Source of the DNA: an uncultured Phycisphaerales bacterium
Lineage (GTDB): Bacteria > Planctomycetota > Phycisphaerae > Tepidisphaerales > Tepidisphaeraceae
Reading direction: 5' to 3'
NCBI GenBank assembly: GCA_963844715.1
Contig: CAWJPJ010000008.1
Coordinates: forward strand, 1 to 64,000
DNA length: 64,000 bases
Made by a program: the position numbers and the translations under genes
Notes under the pieces: model-generated
Told to the model about the DNA's origin: nothing
Database searches by the model: none
What the model saw: only the letters and a program-made list of their open reading frames with translations
Shown here: positions 62,760 through 64,000 of the stretch, piece after piece
Numbering within the stretch: position 1 is the stretch's first letter
How the letters are laid out: each line of letters starts with the position of its first letter

Positions 62760-63539
62760 AAAAAAGGTGACATCCATCAAATCAGATAAAAAAGGTGACA
62801 TCCATCAAATCACGCCTTCGTTCCCGTCTTCCTGGGCCGCCCACGCGGATTGAGCGTGTATTGCAATCCCATCCGCTGCACCATTTGCATAGTCCACATC
62901 GCGCTTCCCAGCGGCCGATCCCGTTTGAAACTCTGGTTTAGCCGCTTCATTTCGCCTGGGGCGATCGCCTCGTTCACCAGCGATTTCCAATTCCGCGGCC
63001 GCTCGATCGGCCAAGCGTCCAGCAGCGCCCTGGATACTTTCGCGTCGCACCCCAGACTCGACCAGCGCCATTCTTCGGCCCCCCTGACGAGCTTGCCGCG
63101 CAGCGGATTGGCCTCGACGTAGCGCAGCAGCGTGAGCAAATACGCGTCCTCTTCCACCGCGAAACTCTTGTAACGCCCCTGGTAAAGGTGCCCGCTCGTG
63201 CGGCGGTAGTGAGCGCGATAACGCTTCACGTGGGTATTGGTGAGCCAGGACAGATATGAGGCCAAATCCCGATCGCGGCGCGGACGCAAAACCAGATGCC
63301 AATGATTGGGCATCAAACAGAATCCGAATATCTCAACGGCGGCCCGCTGCTTGGCGGCGATCATCAGGTCCACGAACACCTCATAATCGCCCGGCTTGCG
63401 GAAGATTTTCATGCGGCCGTTGCCACGGTTGAGCACGTGATAAACCACGCCGCCCACCGCGGCACGAGAAGTGCGAGGCATAGAAAAAACCTAACCCAAA
63501 CCGCGGAACGCGTCAACAATGGTGGATGTCACCTTTTTT
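62760..63539. mobile_element. RAYT module bounded by 17-bp inverted repeats
   Basis: AAAAAAGGTGACATCCA at 62760 and 62788; inverse TGGATGTCACCTTTTTT at 63523-63539. Confidence 0.75.
62810..63481 (-). CDS. REP-associated tyrosine (Y1 HUH) transposase, RAYT
   Basis: MPR..R......YHV.NRGN, CLMPNHWHL, GHLYQGRYKSF, RYVEANP, WRWSS. Confidence 0.92.
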   Translation of the reverse strand: MPRTSRAAVGGVVYHVLNRGNGRMKIFRKPGDYEVFVDLMIAAKQRAAVEIFGFCLMPNHWHLVLRPRRDRDLASYLSWLTNTHVKRYRAHYRRTSGHLYQGRYKSFAVEEDAYLLTLLRYVEANPLRGKLVRGAEEWRWSSLGCDAKVSRALLDAWPIERPRNWKSLVNEAIAPGEMKRLNQSFKRDRPLGSAMWTMQMVQRMGLQYTLNPRGRPRKTGTKA

Positions 63540-63697
63540 CTTTTTTCTTTCCATCTTTTTCTTTCCTAGAGATGGATTTAAACCGCAAAGCGCGAAGAAA
63601 TGCCGGAGATGCGGAGATGATGCATTCAGCACGATGGTTTGCGTCGCGAGGGGTACCCCGGTTCCCCAAGCACTCTTGCCGCGTGCTGAACCGGCGT

Positions 63698-64000
63698 CTA
63701 CGCCAGCAGCACAACCTTCCCACCCAACCCCGCTTCAATCGCGGCATGAGCCGCCGCGGCTTCCTTGAGGGGGAGCTTTCGGCTGATGGGAATTGTCAAT
63801 TTGCCATCCCGCACCGCCTCGCCCATGAGGAGCAGCGTGGCGGCATCAGGATGCGACTTAAATGCAACAGCTTTGACCGATGGGAATTCCCTGGCGTTTG
63901 CCGGAGGAGCCACCGTCGAGACGAAGACGCCGCCATTTCTCACTTTGCCCAGCAACTTCTCGGCCGTCTTCCCGGCGATCGTATCCGCCACCGCGTCGAG
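63698..64000 (-). CDS. NADP-dependent oxidoreductase (MDR/QOR family), C-terminal part
   Basis: DT..G, GG..VS, G.L...I....PL.EA..AH...E.G..GKVVL; runs off the window. Confidence 0.8.
   Translation of the reverse strand, partial: LDAVADTIAGKTAEKLLGKVRNGGVFVSTVAPPANAREFPSVKAVAFKSHPDAATLLLMGEAVRDGKLTIPISRKLPLKEAAAAHAAIEAGLGGKVVLLA

Noticed and set aside
63575..63690. Short purine-rich repeats and a partial palindrome (AGCACG...CGTGCT) upstream of the RAYT
   Set aside because: Degenerate and single copy in this window; cannot be defined as REP or ncRNA.

Overview
A 64-kb GC-rich bacterial window, probably from a planctomycete (Phycisphaerae/Tepidisphaerales-like; inferred from protein families and recurrent (A/S/T)TQP linkers). 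Single-base frameshifts are frequent, even in housekeeping genes, and look like long-read assembly errors. 1-17.6 kb is an integrative conjugative element at the 3' end of tRNA-Arg(ACG): trbCDEJLFGI, DUF2274, a small DNA-binding protein, xis and int. It contains a 3.6-kb Recombinase-In-Trio (RIT) element at 1780-5398. Both RIT ends are fused, at the same codon, to the 3' halves of two different parB-like paralogues. The RIT's structured non-coding leader carries a split, two-strand copy of that target sequence. This makes it a candidate RNA-guided (bridge-RNA-like) tyrosine-recombinase system, the best novelty candidate here, but the mechanism is inference only. The rest is chromosomal: glycogen debranching enzyme, Rieske protein, PhoB/PhoR-like pair, an IS1595 element with passenger genes and an 8-bp TSD, nuoJKLMN, three paralogous porins around an RND pump, a Mop/ModE module with a ModE box, mlaFEDCA plus an AsmA-like gene, LPS genes, an MFS transporter, yggS and a RAYT flanked by inverted repeats.
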